Assembly: GCA_963717145.1 (NCBI GenBank)
Contig: OY970325.1
Coordinates: forward strand, 4,384,001 to 4,448,000
DNA from: an uncultured Armatimonadetes bacterium
GTDB taxonomy: Bacteria; Armatimonadota; UBA5829; DTJY01
Reading direction: 5' to 3'
DNA: 64,000 bases
Shown here: positions 48,096 to 59,919 of the stretch, piece after piece
How positions within the stretch are numbered: position 1 is the stretch's first letter
Layout: the number at the start of each line of letters is the position of its first letter
The notes under the pieces: model-generated
Database searches by the model: none
Seen by the model: only the letters and a program-made list of their open reading frames with translations
Told to the model about the DNA's origin: nothing
Translations under genes and position numbers: made by a program

Positions 48096-48130
48096 AACGG
48101 CATCCCGGGTATCCGGGATGCCGTTTTGTT
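48096..48130 (+). terminator. intrinsic terminator
   Basis: AACGGCATCCCGG/CCGGGATGCCGTT followed by TTGTT. Confidence 0.75.
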
Positions 48131-48144
48131 CTATACTCAGAACA

Positions 48145-48237
48145 CATCCAATCGCGTTGGGGAGGGAGTTGGACTCCCTCCCCGCCAACTGAGTTACCGG
48201 GGAGGGAGTCCAACTCCCTCCCCAACGCGATTGGATG
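48145..48237. repeat. GGGAGGGAG-family doublet overlapping the 3' end of the dehydrogenase gene
   Basis: Perfect inverted arms CATCCAATCGCGTTGGGGAGGGAGTTGGACTCCCTCCCC. Confidence 0.85.
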
Positions 48238-49297
48238 CGTTCCTTCGTATTTGCTCGATGTGCTCCTCGCTGACGGCCCTCTCGAAACTGCGGAAACCCG
48301 CGAGCTTGAACCCATGCTTATCGGCCAATGCGGAAATCTCGCGCACCTGCTCGACGCTCACATCCTTGCCGAGCGTGAAGCTCTCATAGCGGCCCTCCAG
48401 TGCGAGTATCATCGTCTCGGACATGCAGGCATAGGCGGTCTTGGGCGGAAATCCGAAGTTGAAGCCGAAATCCACGTCGCCCGGAACAGCGACCACGCCC
48501 CCTTCGATCACGAGCACATCATCGCGCTCCTTTGTCACCCGCCAGGAGACGTCCCGGGGGCGGGCGACATCACAAACGACCGCTCCTGACTTGATGTCGC
48601 TGGGATGGATGATCGCGTGTACAGCGCTCGTGACCGTGATCACGATATCGGCTTCCCGTATTCCTGTGGGAACGTCAGTGCAGACTTTCGGCGTCTTGTC
48701 GGTCTCGCCGGTGATCTCGGTGGCGACCTTGTTGATCGGCTCGAGACTTCTGTCGACGAGTGTCATCTCAGCGACCTGGGGAGCGAGTATCCGCGCGCAA
48801 GTTCGTCCGATCGATCCGCCCGCGCCCACGACCGCTGCTCTGGCCCGCGCCGGATCGATGCCCATCAGTTCCGCGGCCTTGATCGTCCCCTGGAGTGCGG
48901 TGGCGACCGTGTAGCTGTTCCCGGTGGTCACGGCGATTCCGAGGTTCTTGGCGATGGTGATTCCGCCGTCGCCGGCGACCGATGTGAACGCTCCGAGTCC
49001 GACGATCTTCGCCCCGTGCTCCTCTGCGAGACGCCCGGCCGCGATGATCTTTTCATACACCTGATCGACCGGCAGACCGACCAACTGCCTCGATGTAAGC
49101 GGGCAGCCGACGAACCAGCCCTCGGCCTCCGGCCCCGCGATCGATCTTACGCCCGTGATGTGTGAGATATCCATCGGGCCCTTGTGCTTGAGTCCCCATT
49201 CGACCCACCGCTCCGGGAGGTATTTGACAAACGGATACTTCCGAGCGACATCAGCCTTGGCCTGCAGGGGGTGTATTATGAAACCAAACTTTTCCAA
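48194..49297 (-). CDS. COG5322-type NAD(P)-dependent reductase (acyl-ACP-reductase-like/shikimate-DH-like fold)
   Basis: FGFIIHPL, VGLGAFTS, TTGNSYT, GAGGSIG, DVARPRDV and YACMSET. Confidence 0.78.
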   Translation of the reverse strand: MEKFGFIIHPLQAKADVARKYPFVKYLPERWVEWGLKHKGPMDISHITGVRSIAGPEAEGWFVGCPLTSRQLVGLPVDQVYEKIIAAGRLAEEHGAKIVGLGAFTSVAGDGGITIAKNLGIAVTTGNSYTVATALQGTIKAAELMGIDPARARAAVVGAGGSIGRTCARILAPQVAEMTLVDRSLEPINKVATEITGETDKTPKVCTDVPTGIREADIVITVTSAVHAIIHPSDIKSGAVVCDVARPRDVSWRVTKERDDVLVIEGGVVAVPGDVDFGFNFGFPPKTAYACMSETMILALEGRYESFTLGKDVSVEQVREISALADKHGFKLAGFRSFERAVSEEHIEQIRRNASNRVGEGVGLPPR

Positions 49298-49345
49298 TGT
49301 GTGTTGTCCTGCGCTGTATCTCCGTCGGGCGGCACGTGGATGCCG

Positions 49346-49405
49346 CCGTAGGGGAGGCCTTCAACGGCCTCCCGTCGGGCGGGCATGGAAGCGCCGCCCC
49401 TACGG
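49346..49405. repeat. GTAG-family REP pair
   Basis: GTAGGGGAGGCCTTCAACGGCCTCCC and inverted GTAGGGGCGGCG. Confidence 0.8.
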
Positions 49406-50383
49406 TATACTGTCTAGTTCACCGAGCGCCGCCTCCATTTCCTCCAATGATGCCGCTTCGGTGAGCTTTCGCCTGAGCACATGTGCGCCCGGCATGCCCT
49501 TGATGTACCATGGAAGCTGTCCACGTGCCTCACGAGCGCCGATCTCCGCCCCCAACAACTCGACCATCCCGGCCAGGTGCTCCCGGGCGACCTCGATCCG
49601 CTCGTGGAGCGTCGGCATCGGGAGCAGTTCGTCGGATGCGAGGTAATGGGCCGTTCGCCGGAAGATCCACGGATTCCCAAGGCACGCCCTCCCGATCATG
49701 ACGGCGTCGCAACCGGTCTCATCGATCATGCGCCTGGCATCTTCGGGAGATTTCACGTCGCCGTTGCCGATGATCGGGATACCGACGGCCTCCTTTGCCT
49801 CGCGGATCACCGTCCAATCGGCGGCGACTGAGTATGATTGTGCCGCGGTCCGCCCGTGGATCGCCACCGCGGAGATACCCACGCCCTCCGCCATCCGGGC
49901 GAGTTCGACCGCCGTGACCGTTGTGCTGTCCGGGCCGGTGCGGGTCTTGATTGTGACCGGCAAATCCACGGCGCGGACGACGGCTGCCATGATCCTGCCC
50001 GCAGTCTCCAGGTCGCGCATCAGGGCGGCTCCTGCTCCGGTCTTAGTCACCTTGGGGACCGGGCAGCCGATGTTGAGATCGATGACATCTGCGCCGGCAT
50101 CGGCGATCGCCCTGGCGGCTGTTGCCATCTTGTCCGGATCCGCGCCGAAGAGCTGGACCGCCACCGGGCGCTCGGGCGGCGTCCAGTCGAACATGTGGAG
50201 CGTCCTGGGGTTGTGGTAGTGCAGGGCATAGCTGCTGATCATCTCGGTGTAGACCATACCTGCGCCGAGCCGTCGGCAGATCGTGCGGAATGCGTGGTTG
50301 GTCGTACCCGCCATCGGCGCGAGCACGATCGGGGGGTCAACGGTGATGTTTCCTATTCGGAGGCTTTTGTACTTGATCTGCAC
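49400..50383 (-). CDS. dusB: tRNA-dihydrouridine synthase B
   Basis: LAPMAG, DLNIGCP, HGRT, GNGDV and MIGRACLGNPW. Confidence 0.93.
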   Translation of the reverse strand: MQIKYKSLRIGNITVDPPIVLAPMAGTTNHAFRTICRRLGAGMVYTEMISSYALHYHNPRTLHMFDWTPPERPVAVQLFGADPDKMATAARAIADAGADVIDLNIGCPVPKVTKTGAGAALMRDLETAGRIMAAVVRAVDLPVTIKTRTGPDSTTVTAVELARMAEGVGISAVAIHGRTAAQSYSVAADWTVIREAKEAVGIPIIGNGDVKSPEDARRMIDETGCDAVMIGRACLGNPWIFRRTAHYLASDELLPMPTLHERIEVAREHLAGMVELLGAEIGAREARGQLPWYIKGMPGAHVLRRKLTEAASLEEMEAALGELDSIP

Positions 50384-50389
50384 ACTCTT

Positions 50390-50486
50390 GTAGTGGCCGT
50401 GCCTCTGTGCCGGCCAGTGGCACCTAAGGCCGGCACAGAGGCACGGCCAGTGGCATCTAAGGCCGGCACAGAGGCACGGCCACTAC
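50390..50486. repeat. GTAGTGGCC-family REP triplet
   Basis: One forward and two inverted GGCCGGCACAGAGGCACGGCC units. Confidence 0.85.
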
Positions 50487-50490
50487 ATGC

Positions 50491-51255
50491 CTAGCCCCTC
50501 ACCCTTCCAAACAGCAGCCTCAGGCCCTCGAGGGTGAGCAGCGGGTTCACGATCTCGATGGACTTACTCACATCCGCGATGAGTTCTGCCAGGCCGCCGG
50601 TCGCGATCACCTTTGACTCGCAGCCGAGTTCCGCCTTGAAGCGGGCGACCATCGCGTCCACCTGGCCCGCAAACCCGAATACCGCGGACTGCATGCTCCT
50701 CTCGGTAGTCGTTCCGATCACCGTCGGCGGACGAACCAGATCGATTCTGGGAAGCCGCGCCGCCGATCGGAAGAGCGCCTCCATCGAGATGCCGATTCCG
50801 GGAAGAATTGCGCCGCCGAGGTACTCCCCAGTTCGGGAGATGGCATCGTAGGTCGTGGCTGTGCCGAAATCGACGACCACAGCCGGGCCGCCGTAGAGCG
50901 CATGAGTGGCGATCGCATTCACGATCCTGTCAGCGCCCACATCGGATTTGGGCGTGTATCGGACTTCTATCCCCAGGTCAGCCGAGGGATCGACCACGAA
51001 CGGCTCGACTTCGAGGTACTTTCGGCACGCACTGTGGACCTCCGCCATCGTGGGCGGAACGACGTTCGAGATGGCGACACCGGTTATGTCGTGGAGGTGG
51101 AGACCGGAGTACTCGAACAGCTCGCGAAGGAGCATTCCGTACTCATCAGCCGTGCGCCCGAGCTGCGTTCGGATCCGCCAGTCGGCGACGAGCGAGTCGC
51201 CCCGGTACACGCCGACCGTCATATTCGTATTCCCGACGTCTATGGCAAGAAGCAT
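50491..51255 (-). CDS. coaX: type III pantothenate kinase
   Basis: LAIDVGNT, GADRIVN, VDFGTAT, GGAILPG and ATGG. Confidence 0.95.
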   Translation of the reverse strand: MLLAIDVGNTNMTVGVYRGDSLVADWRIRTQLGRTADEYGMLLRELFEYSGLHLHDITGVAISNVVPPTMAEVHSACRKYLEVEPFVVDPSADLGIEVRYTPKSDVGADRIVNAIATHALYGGPAVVVDFGTATTYDAISRTGEYLGGAILPGIGISMEALFRSAARLPRIDLVRPPTVIGTTTERSMQSAVFGFAGQVDAMVARFKAELGCESKVIATGGLAELIADVSKSIEIVNPLLTLEGLRLLFGRVRG

Positions 51256-51308
51256 GGGTCGATATTAGCACACGATTCCGGTCCCGGTCAATCGACCGGG
51301 CGAACTCG

Positions 51309-51409
51309 GTAGGAGGGATTTGCCGGGATGATTGTGCCCGGTAATCCCGAACGCAACGCGCCGACCTTCGGGATTACCGGGCACAATCATCCCGGCAAAT
51401 CCCTCCTAC
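51309..51409. repeat. GTAG-ended perfect inverted repeat (about 43-bp arms)
   Basis: GTAGGAGGGATTTGCCGGGATGATTGTGCCCGGTAATCCCGAA and its inverse. Confidence 0.85.
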
Positions 51410-52065
51410 AGGAACAGCTCTTTGAGGATGAATGGAATCAGGAAAAGCAGGTTGTAGGCTTCGGCGGCTACCGACGCCTTGAGATGCTCCGTGACGAAGG
51501 CAGGCTTGTACCCCTTAGGCCACTTGGGAAGCCATCTGGGGATCTCCTTCATATACTCCACATACGGCTCGCCGTATCGCGCCAGCAGATACAGCTCCTC
51601 AAACCGCACGACGAACGTGAACGTCAGCATGCATACAAGTAGCATGACGGGCACGAGCCACAGCAGACCTGAGGCAACGACCAGCCCGATGCAGATCAGC
51701 GTGTTGCCGATGTATATGGGATTGCGCATCAGCGCATACGGGCCTGTGCTCGTCAGGCTCATCCCGACTTTGAGCCGAAAGTGAAGATGCTGCTGGGCCC
51801 AGATTCTTATCCACAGACCCACCGCGAATATGAGTGATCCTGCGACCCATGCGGCCAACTCGTTCCGGTATTCGCCGCCTCGCCAGAAGATGGCGAAGAT
51901 CACCGGCAGGCCGACGAGCAGGCCGCGATTCCTGTAAGCCAATTTGAGAAACGGCGGCACCGGTTCCTTGCGTTCGGTGCGCTTGATTGTCGAGTTGTCG
52001 CTGGTCATATTCGCTGGTGGTCGCTTTCTGGTAACATTCGAGGCGATCATCGCCTGGGAAACCAT
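51406..52065 (-). CDS. isoprenylcysteine carboxyl methyltransferase/PEMT family membrane protein (start may be 52008)
   Basis: GPYALMRNPIYIG...EELYL...YG..Y..Y...IPRWLP. Confidence 0.85.
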   Translation of the reverse strand: MVSQAMIASNVTRKRPPANMTSDNSTIKRTERKEPVPPFLKLAYRNRGLLVGLPVIFAIFWRGGEYRNELAAWVAGSLIFAVGLWIRIWAQQHLHFRLKVGMSLTSTGPYALMRNPIYIGNTLICIGLVVASGLLWLVPVMLLVCMLTFTFVVRFEELYLLARYGEPYVEYMKEIPRWLPKWPKGYKPAFVTEHLKASVAAEAYNLLFLIPFILKELFL

Positions 52066-52155
52066 TCGTCAAGCCGTGGTGTGAATCCTCTGTGCTTCCT
52101 TGAGAATCCCGGTTCGAGCGGGTCACAAATCTGCCCGAACCAGCTCTTTCGACAG

Positions 52156-52190
52156 CAAAAAGCCCGCTCCGAAATCTCGGAGCGGGCTTT
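52156..52190 (-). terminator. terminator after clpC
   Basis: AAAGCCCGCTCCGA/TCGGAGCGGGCTTT with T-run on the minus strand. Confidence 0.75.
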
Positions 52191-52220
52191 CGTTGTTCAC
52201 TATTCGATCCGGTGTGTGGT

Positions 52221-52250
52221 CTGCATTCCGCATTCCACATTCCGCATTCG
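52221..52250. repeat. heptamer tandem repeat (GCATTCC)
   Basis: Four units directly after the clpC stop codon. Confidence 0.7.
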
Positions 52251-54701
<2,451 letters not shown>

Positions 54702-54744
54702 TCCGCCGTCCCTCCTTTTCGCTGGAATGGTATTGCACTATCGG

Positions 54745-54853
54745 AACCCGTAGGGGAGGCCTTCAACGGCCTCCTGCGTGTCGGGCGGGCGTTGAAGCCC
54801 GCCCCTACGGCCATATCGTTCCGGGCGGGCGTTGAAGCCCGCCCCTACGGGTT
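54745..54853. repeat. GTAG-family REP triplet
   Basis: GTAGGGGAGGCC... and two CGGGCGGGCGTTGAAGCCCGCCCCTAC units. Confidence 0.85.
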
Positions 54854-54893
54854 ATGCTCTATCTGTATGACGTTCGGAATGCAAGACTGGTTC

Positions 54894-55967
54894 TCAGTTT
54901 TCTTCCGGGAGCGTCAGTTGACCGGCTTCCTCTTTTTCACTTAGTTTCGCGCGGATCAACTTCGCGCGCCTTGTGTCATCGCTGACACTACTCGTCGCTC
55001 CCAAGTGCGTGGAGACGAGCAGCTCGTTGAAATCTTTCAAAGACAGATCGTCGGAGAGCCCGAGCGCCGATGCCAGACGCAGGATCGACAAGCACATCGC
55101 GGCGTCCCGACTGCTCAGGCTTCGGGACTCCATTACCTTGTCCCGGGCCTTCTGCACGGCGTACAGCAACTCGCCGTCCCGTGCCAGGCCGCGCCTCACG
55201 CTTCTCTCCCTGGCTATGAGGTGATCGGCGGCCGCGCGTACCCTCGATGCTATCTCCTTCTCGGAGTAGCCGATCGTCGTCACGTTCGAAACCTGATACA
55301 AATATCCGATCGCGTCGGTTCCCTCGCCGAACAGCCCGCGAACGGACGTCTTCAACTCGGCGGCCGCTGTCAGAGTATCGGTCGCCTCACGGGTGAACCC
55401 CAGCCCGGCAAGGTGCATCAGCACCGAAAGCCGCAGACCGGTTCCGATGTTCCCCAGTGAACTTGTCAGGTATCCATAATTATCGGCACGCGCGTACCTG
55501 ATCTTTCCGCTTAAGAATGCATCAAACTCTCTGGCCATGTGCAGGGCGGTCATCGGTTGCAGCCCCGGCAGGATGCACTGGACCCTCAAATGGTCCTCTT
55601 CGTTCACCATAAGGCTGAGAGTGCCCGACTCGTTGACCACCACCAGGCGGTGGTTTCCGCTGCTGACGTGCTGCCTGCTCGCGACATGCGCATCCACGAG
55701 GGTCGCGCGTTCGAATCCCGACATACGCTCGGGATGGATGGTTCTCAACTTACCGAATCGTCCTTCGGAACCATGGACTGCGTGCGAGACAATCTCTGAC
55801 ACGCGCCTGAGATCGGCGTCCTTCATCCGGGAAGGGAACGGTATACCCTCCACATTTCGGGCCAGACGCGCACGAGTGGACAGTACGACGTCTTCCGCGG
55901 GTCCCTCATTGCTGACCCACGCGGGGAACGGTGTACTACTATGTACCCTCTGCGCCTGCATTTTCAC
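54894..55967 (-). CDS. mcsB: protein-arginine kinase McsB homolog (divergent active site)
   Basis: STRARLARN, VNEEDHLR, GTGLRLS and RGLFGEG; lies between mcsA and clpC. Confidence 0.88.
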   Translation of the reverse strand: MKMQAQRVHSSTPFPAWVSNEGPAEDVVLSTRARLARNVEGIPFPSRMKDADLRRVSEIVSHAVHGSEGRFGKLRTIHPERMSGFERATLVDAHVASRQHVSSGNHRLVVVNESGTLSLMVNEEDHLRVQCILPGLQPMTALHMAREFDAFLSGKIRYARADNYGYLTSSLGNIGTGLRLSVLMHLAGLGFTREATDTLTAAAELKTSVRGLFGEGTDAIGYLYQVSNVTTIGYSEKEIASRVRAAADHLIARERSVRRGLARDGELLYAVQKARDKVMESRSLSSRDAAMCLSILRLASALGLSDDLSLKDFNELLVSTHLGATSSVSDDTRRAKLIRAKLSEKEEAGQLTLPEEN

Positions 55968-56335
55968 CCTGGTTTCCCATGGCCGGGAACGTACCCGTGC
56001 AACTCAGCTATCAGCTCATCGACCTGATCCCTGAACGCGATGTAGCACATGCAGCATCCCAGCGTACCCGTCGTCCGCGCTTCCTCTATAGTATTGCCGC
56101 AACCGGGGCAAACCTTTGTTCGGCTTGATTGGTCATCGGAGAAGGAATCCTCCGCCAGCGTGGACTGCACCAGATCGGTCAAAGTCAGCCCCTTGTCGCC
56201 GAACCGGACCCTCTCGCGGTTTTCGGTGCAAGAAGCGCACAGACGGTGCTCCTGTCGGGTCTGTCCACCGACTACCCTGCTGACCGTGAACTCCGCAGGG
56301 TTGCTGCGGCACGACTCGCAGAGCCTTGCACGCAT
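55964..56335 (-). CDS. mcsA: McsA homolog (four CxxC motifs, no C-terminal UVR domain)
   Basis: CESC, CASC, CPGC, LGCCMCY and LHG...HGKP. Confidence 0.82.
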   Translation of the reverse strand: MRARLCESCRSNPAEFTVSRVVGGQTRQEHRLCASCTENRERVRFGDKGLTLTDLVQSTLAEDSFSDDQSSRTKVCPGCGNTIEEARTTGTLGCCMCYIAFRDQVDELIAELHGYVPGHGKPG

Positions 56336-57207
56336 CAGATCGGTACGCCTTCTGTCTTTGTCAAGGTACGGAACGCCGCTATCAGCCGGTTGGTCATCTC
56401 GCCGGGTCGGCCGTCGCCGATCGTTCGTCCATCCACCTTCACCGCCGGGATCACCTCGGCGGCGGTGCCTGTCAGGAAGCATTCGTCACAGGTGTAGACG
56501 TCGAACAGCGTGAAAAGCTTTTCTTTCACTTTGATGCCCATGTCGCGGGCTATCTGCATCACTGTGTTCCGAGTGATGCCTTCCAGGATGCCGGCATACG
56601 ACGGCGGCGTGGCGATCTTCCCGTCCTTGATGATGAAGATGTTGTCGCCGGTCGCCTCCGCCACGTAGCCCTGGATGTTCAGCATCAGGCCCTCGCCGGC
56701 GCCGACTCGGTTGGCCTCCAGCTTGGCCTGAATGTTCGCGACGTACTTGCCCAGCGACTTGATCCTCGGTTCGAGCGACTGAGCGGGGCATACGCGTGTT
56801 GACACGGTCACCACATGCAGGCCCACGTGGTACATCTCTTCGGGGTACAGGGAGAGCTTGTCGGTCATGATGATGACCGTCGCTTCCCCGCATACGCGAG
56901 GATCGAGCCCGAGACCTACGCCTCTGGTGATCGTGATGCGGATGTAACCATCTGTTATCCCATTCTTGCGCAGGGTTGAGAGAACGGCCTCGATCATCTC
57001 CTCGTGAGTGATCGGCAGGTCGATCATCAGTGCGTGCGCGGAATGATACAGACGGTCGATGTGCTCGTGGAGCTTCCACACCTTGCCGGAGTAGACCCTG
57101 ATACCCTCGAAGGCACCGTCACCGTACAGCAGTCCGTGATCGTATACGGTAATCTTGGCATCCTCGATCGGGACGTGTTTTCCATTGATATAGACTACCG
57201 GGCTCAT
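56335..57207 (-). CDS. ilvE: branched-chain amino acid aminotransferase
   Basis: DHGLLYGDGAFEGIR, EATGDN, LEGITR and FLTGTAAEV. Confidence 0.93.
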   Translation of the reverse strand: MSPVVYINGKHVPIEDAKITVYDHGLLYGDGAFEGIRVYSGKVWKLHEHIDRLYHSAHALMIDLPITHEEMIEAVLSTLRKNGITDGYIRITITRGVGLGLDPRVCGEATVIIMTDKLSLYPEEMYHVGLHVVTVSTRVCPAQSLEPRIKSLGKYVANIQAKLEANRVGAGEGLMLNIQGYVAEATGDNIFIIKDGKIATPPSYAGILEGITRNTVMQIARDMGIKVKEKLFTLFDVYTCDECFLTGTAAEVIPAVKVDGRTIGDGRPGEMTNRLIAAFRTLTKTEGVPI

Positions 57208-57289
57208 CTCTTCCCCCCTGGAATCCAGTATGAAAAGTATATCATAGCACCCGCCCCGACCGCAACTCGCAATGATGCCGGTTCGCGGC

Positions 57290-57447
57290 GGAATGGCTGA
57301 TGGTGGATGGTTAATGGCGGATGGCAGAACGGCAGAGGGGAATGGCTCTTGTGGGAGCAGCTTCCTAGCTGCGAACAGTGGCATCGCAGCTAGGAAGCTG
57401 CTCCTACAAGAGCCATCCCCCATGAACCATCAACCATTCCCCATCCG
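57290..57447. repeat. heptamer inverted element enclosing a GTGG/GTAG REP doublet
   Basis: ATGG heptamer flanks; inner palindrome at 57342-57416. Confidence 0.8.
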
Positions 57448-57449
57448 CC

Positions 57450-58418
57450 CTACGCCCAGAACGCCTCGCCGGGCTTCTGGGTGATGACCTGATGCTTTAG
57501 GAACGAGACCGCTTTCTCGAAGCCTTCCTTCTGCGACATCAGGCTGTCCTCGTGCTCGATCGAGAGAACCCAGTCGTAGCCGACCATCCGCAGGGCGCTG
57601 ATCATATCCTTCCAGACGTCCGGACCGTGGCCGTAGCCGATCGTGCGGAAGATCCACGAGCGGTTGATCTCGTCGGTGTAGTTCTTCGTGTCGAGCACGC
57701 CGTTGACCTTGGTATTGATGTCGTCGATCTTGCAGTCCTTGGCATGGAAGTGGTAGATCGCGTCGCCGAGCTTCCGGATCGCGTTCACCGGGTCGATCCC
57801 CTGCCAGAAGAGATGGCTCGGATCGAAGTTCGCGCCGAGCGCATCACCGCAGGCGTTGCGGAGCTTGAGGAGCGTCTCAGGGTTGTAGACGACGAACCCC
57901 GGATGCATCTCGAAGCAGACCTTGACGCCGTGCTCCTTCGCGAACTTGGCCTCTTTCCGCCAGTAGGGGATGACCTTGCGCTTCCACTGCCAGTCGAGGA
58001 TCTCCGAGAAGTCGGTCGGCCACGGGCAGGTGACCCAGTTCGGGGATTTCGCGTGCGGCGAATCGCCGGGGCAGCCGGAGAAGTTGACGACCCGCTCGAT
58101 CCCCAGCTTCTGGGCCAGCTCGACCGTCTGGCGGTGGATGTCGTGATTCTCCTCCGCGTATTGCCTGTTCGGATGCAGCGGGTTGCCGTGACACGACAGG
58201 GCGCTGATCACCAGGCCGCGAGACTCGATCGTTTTGAGGAACTTCTTGCGTTCCGCCTCACTGCCGAGGAGCTTCTCCATGTTGCAGTGCGCGTTGCCGG
58301 GATAGTTGCCGGTCCCGATCTCGACTGCCTCGACTCCGACCGAGGCGACGTAGTCGAGGGTCTCCTCCAGCTTCATGTCGCTGAATGCTACCGTAAAAAC
58401 GCCGATTTTCACTTTCAT
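57450..58418 (-). CDS. sugar phosphate isomerase/epimerase (xylose-isomerase-like TIM barrel)
   Basis: EMHP, NFDPSH, HAKD and SIEHED. Confidence 0.88.
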   Translation of the reverse strand: MKVKIGVFTVAFSDMKLEETLDYVASVGVEAVEIGTGNYPGNAHCNMEKLLGSEAERKKFLKTIESRGLVISALSCHGNPLHPNRQYAEENHDIHRQTVELAQKLGIERVVNFSGCPGDSPHAKSPNWVTCPWPTDFSEILDWQWKRKVIPYWRKEAKFAKEHGVKVCFEMHPGFVVYNPETLLKLRNACGDALGANFDPSHLFWQGIDPVNAIRKLGDAIYHFHAKDCKIDDINTKVNGVLDTKNYTDEINRSWIFRTIGYGHGPDVWKDMISALRMVGYDWVLSIEHEDSLMSQKEGFEKAVSFLKHQVITQKPGEAFWA

Positions 58419-58429
58419 ACCTCCTTCTT

Positions 58430-58636
58430 GAACACAGATCACACAGATGGCAGAGGATGACACAGAAAGAATTCATCAGGAAGCCAGGAAGGCAGGAAGG
58501 GAATGGGAGAATCGGAGACTCCGGATCCCCTATTCTCCCTTTCCCCCATTCTCCTGTTCCTGGCTTCCTTACTTCCTGGTTTCCTGATAACGAACTCATC
58601 CGTGAAATCTGTGTTTCATCTGTGCTATCTGTGTTC
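58430..58636. repeat. three-layer nested inverted tandem-repeat element
   Basis: Outer ACACAGAT/ATCTGTG units, middle CAGGAAG/TTCCTG units, inner GGGAGAAT/ATTCTCC units. Confidence 0.8.
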
Positions 58637-59700
58637 TACTTGAGCCTTACTTCCTTGCCGGTCTCGGCGGACTTGTAGATCGCGTTCAGGATGCGCACTA
58701 CCTCGAGGCCGTGCTCGCCGGTCGAGATCGGTGTCTTGCCGTTCACCAGGCAGTCTATCCAGTGGCGAATCTCCATCTCGTGGCCCGAGACATTGGGGAA
58801 GCCCGGGGTGATGTCCGCGATCGCGCCGTGCATATCCTTGTAGACGCGGAACGGCTCTACGTCCGCGCCACCCTTGGTGCCGATCAGGTTGGTGAAGATG
58901 AGATCCTTCTCGATGTGGGAAGCCCAACTCGCCTCGAGCATGAGCGACGCACCGGTATCGAGCTTGATGAACCCACACGCCAGGTCCTCGACATCGCATG
59001 TGCCCCCCGACTCGGAGGTACCCCAGTCGCCCATTCCCTCACCCTTGCAGCCGAACTCAGAGTAGGTCGAGCCGGTGACCGACACGGCCTTCGGGTTGCC
59101 CATCAGCCACAGAGCCAGGTCGAGTACATGGACGCCGATGTCGATCAGCGGGCCGCCGCCTGACTTGGCCTTCTGGGTGAACCAGCTCCCCATGCCGGGG
59201 ATTCCCTTGCGGCGGATCCATCCGGTCTTGCCGAAGTAGATATCGCCGAGTTCACCGTCCTCGATGAACTTCTTGAGGATCTGGGTGTCGCCGCGGAATC
59301 TGTTGTTGAAGGCGGTCATGAACAGCTTCTTCGCCTTCTTGGAGGCCTCGACCATCGCCTCGCCGTCTTTGGGATTGATGCAGAGTGGCTTCTCGCAGAT
59401 GACGTGCTTGCCGGCCTCGAACGCGGCGATTGCCATCTGCGCATGGAGGTAGTTCGGCACGCAGATGCTGACCGCGTCGATCTCGGCCAGCTGCAGCATC
59501 TTCCTGTAGTCCTTGAAGGTGTGCGGGACTGCGTACTGGGACGCCGCCCACTGCACGCGCTCATCGATGAGGTCACAGGCCGCTACGACCTTTACCTCGG
59601 GGCACTTCGCGTAGGCCCCGAGATGGACGCGCGCGATGCTTCCGACTCCGATGATGCCGACGTTCACTTTCTCGAGCTTGCTCTTCGACTTCGCTGCCAA
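58636..59700 (-). CDS. Gfo/Idh/MocA family oxidoreductase
   Basis: GIIGVGSI, CEKP and GGGPLIDIGVH. Confidence 0.92.
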   Translation of the reverse strand: MAAKSKSKLEKVNVGIIGVGSIARVHLGAYAKCPEVKVVAACDLIDERVQWAASQYAVPHTFKDYRKMLQLAEIDAVSICVPNYLHAQMAIAAFEAGKHVICEKPLCINPKDGEAMVEASKKAKKLFMTAFNNRFRGDTQILKKFIEDGELGDIYFGKTGWIRRKGIPGMGSWFTQKAKSGGGPLIDIGVHVLDLALWLMGNPKAVSVTGSTYSEFGCKGEGMGDWGTSESGGTCDVEDLACGFIKLDTGASLMLEASWASHIEKDLIFTNLIGTKGGADVEPFRVYKDMHGAIADITPGFPNVSGHEMEIRHWIDCLVNGKTPISTGEHGLEVVRILNAIYKSAETGKEVRLK

Positions 59701-59919
59701 CTTCGATCTCCTTGTCCGCTGCCTGCCATGAAGATATCACATGTAGCCTAGCCCCTTGTGGGCGTACAAGACGGGGACAAGCCCCTAGGCTACCATGCTA
59801 ACCCGCCGGCAGGCGCTTGAAATACAAATAAAAGGCCTTTCAGCCATCGAATCCGGGGGCATTTTAGCACAACACAATGGCGGTGTCCAGACGGAGTGGA
59901 TGGCGAAACAGGCGGGAAC

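Noticed and set aside
48194-49297. Alkane biosynthesis via acyl-ACP reductase
   Set aside because: No aldehyde-deformylating oxygenase gene nearby, and the family is broad
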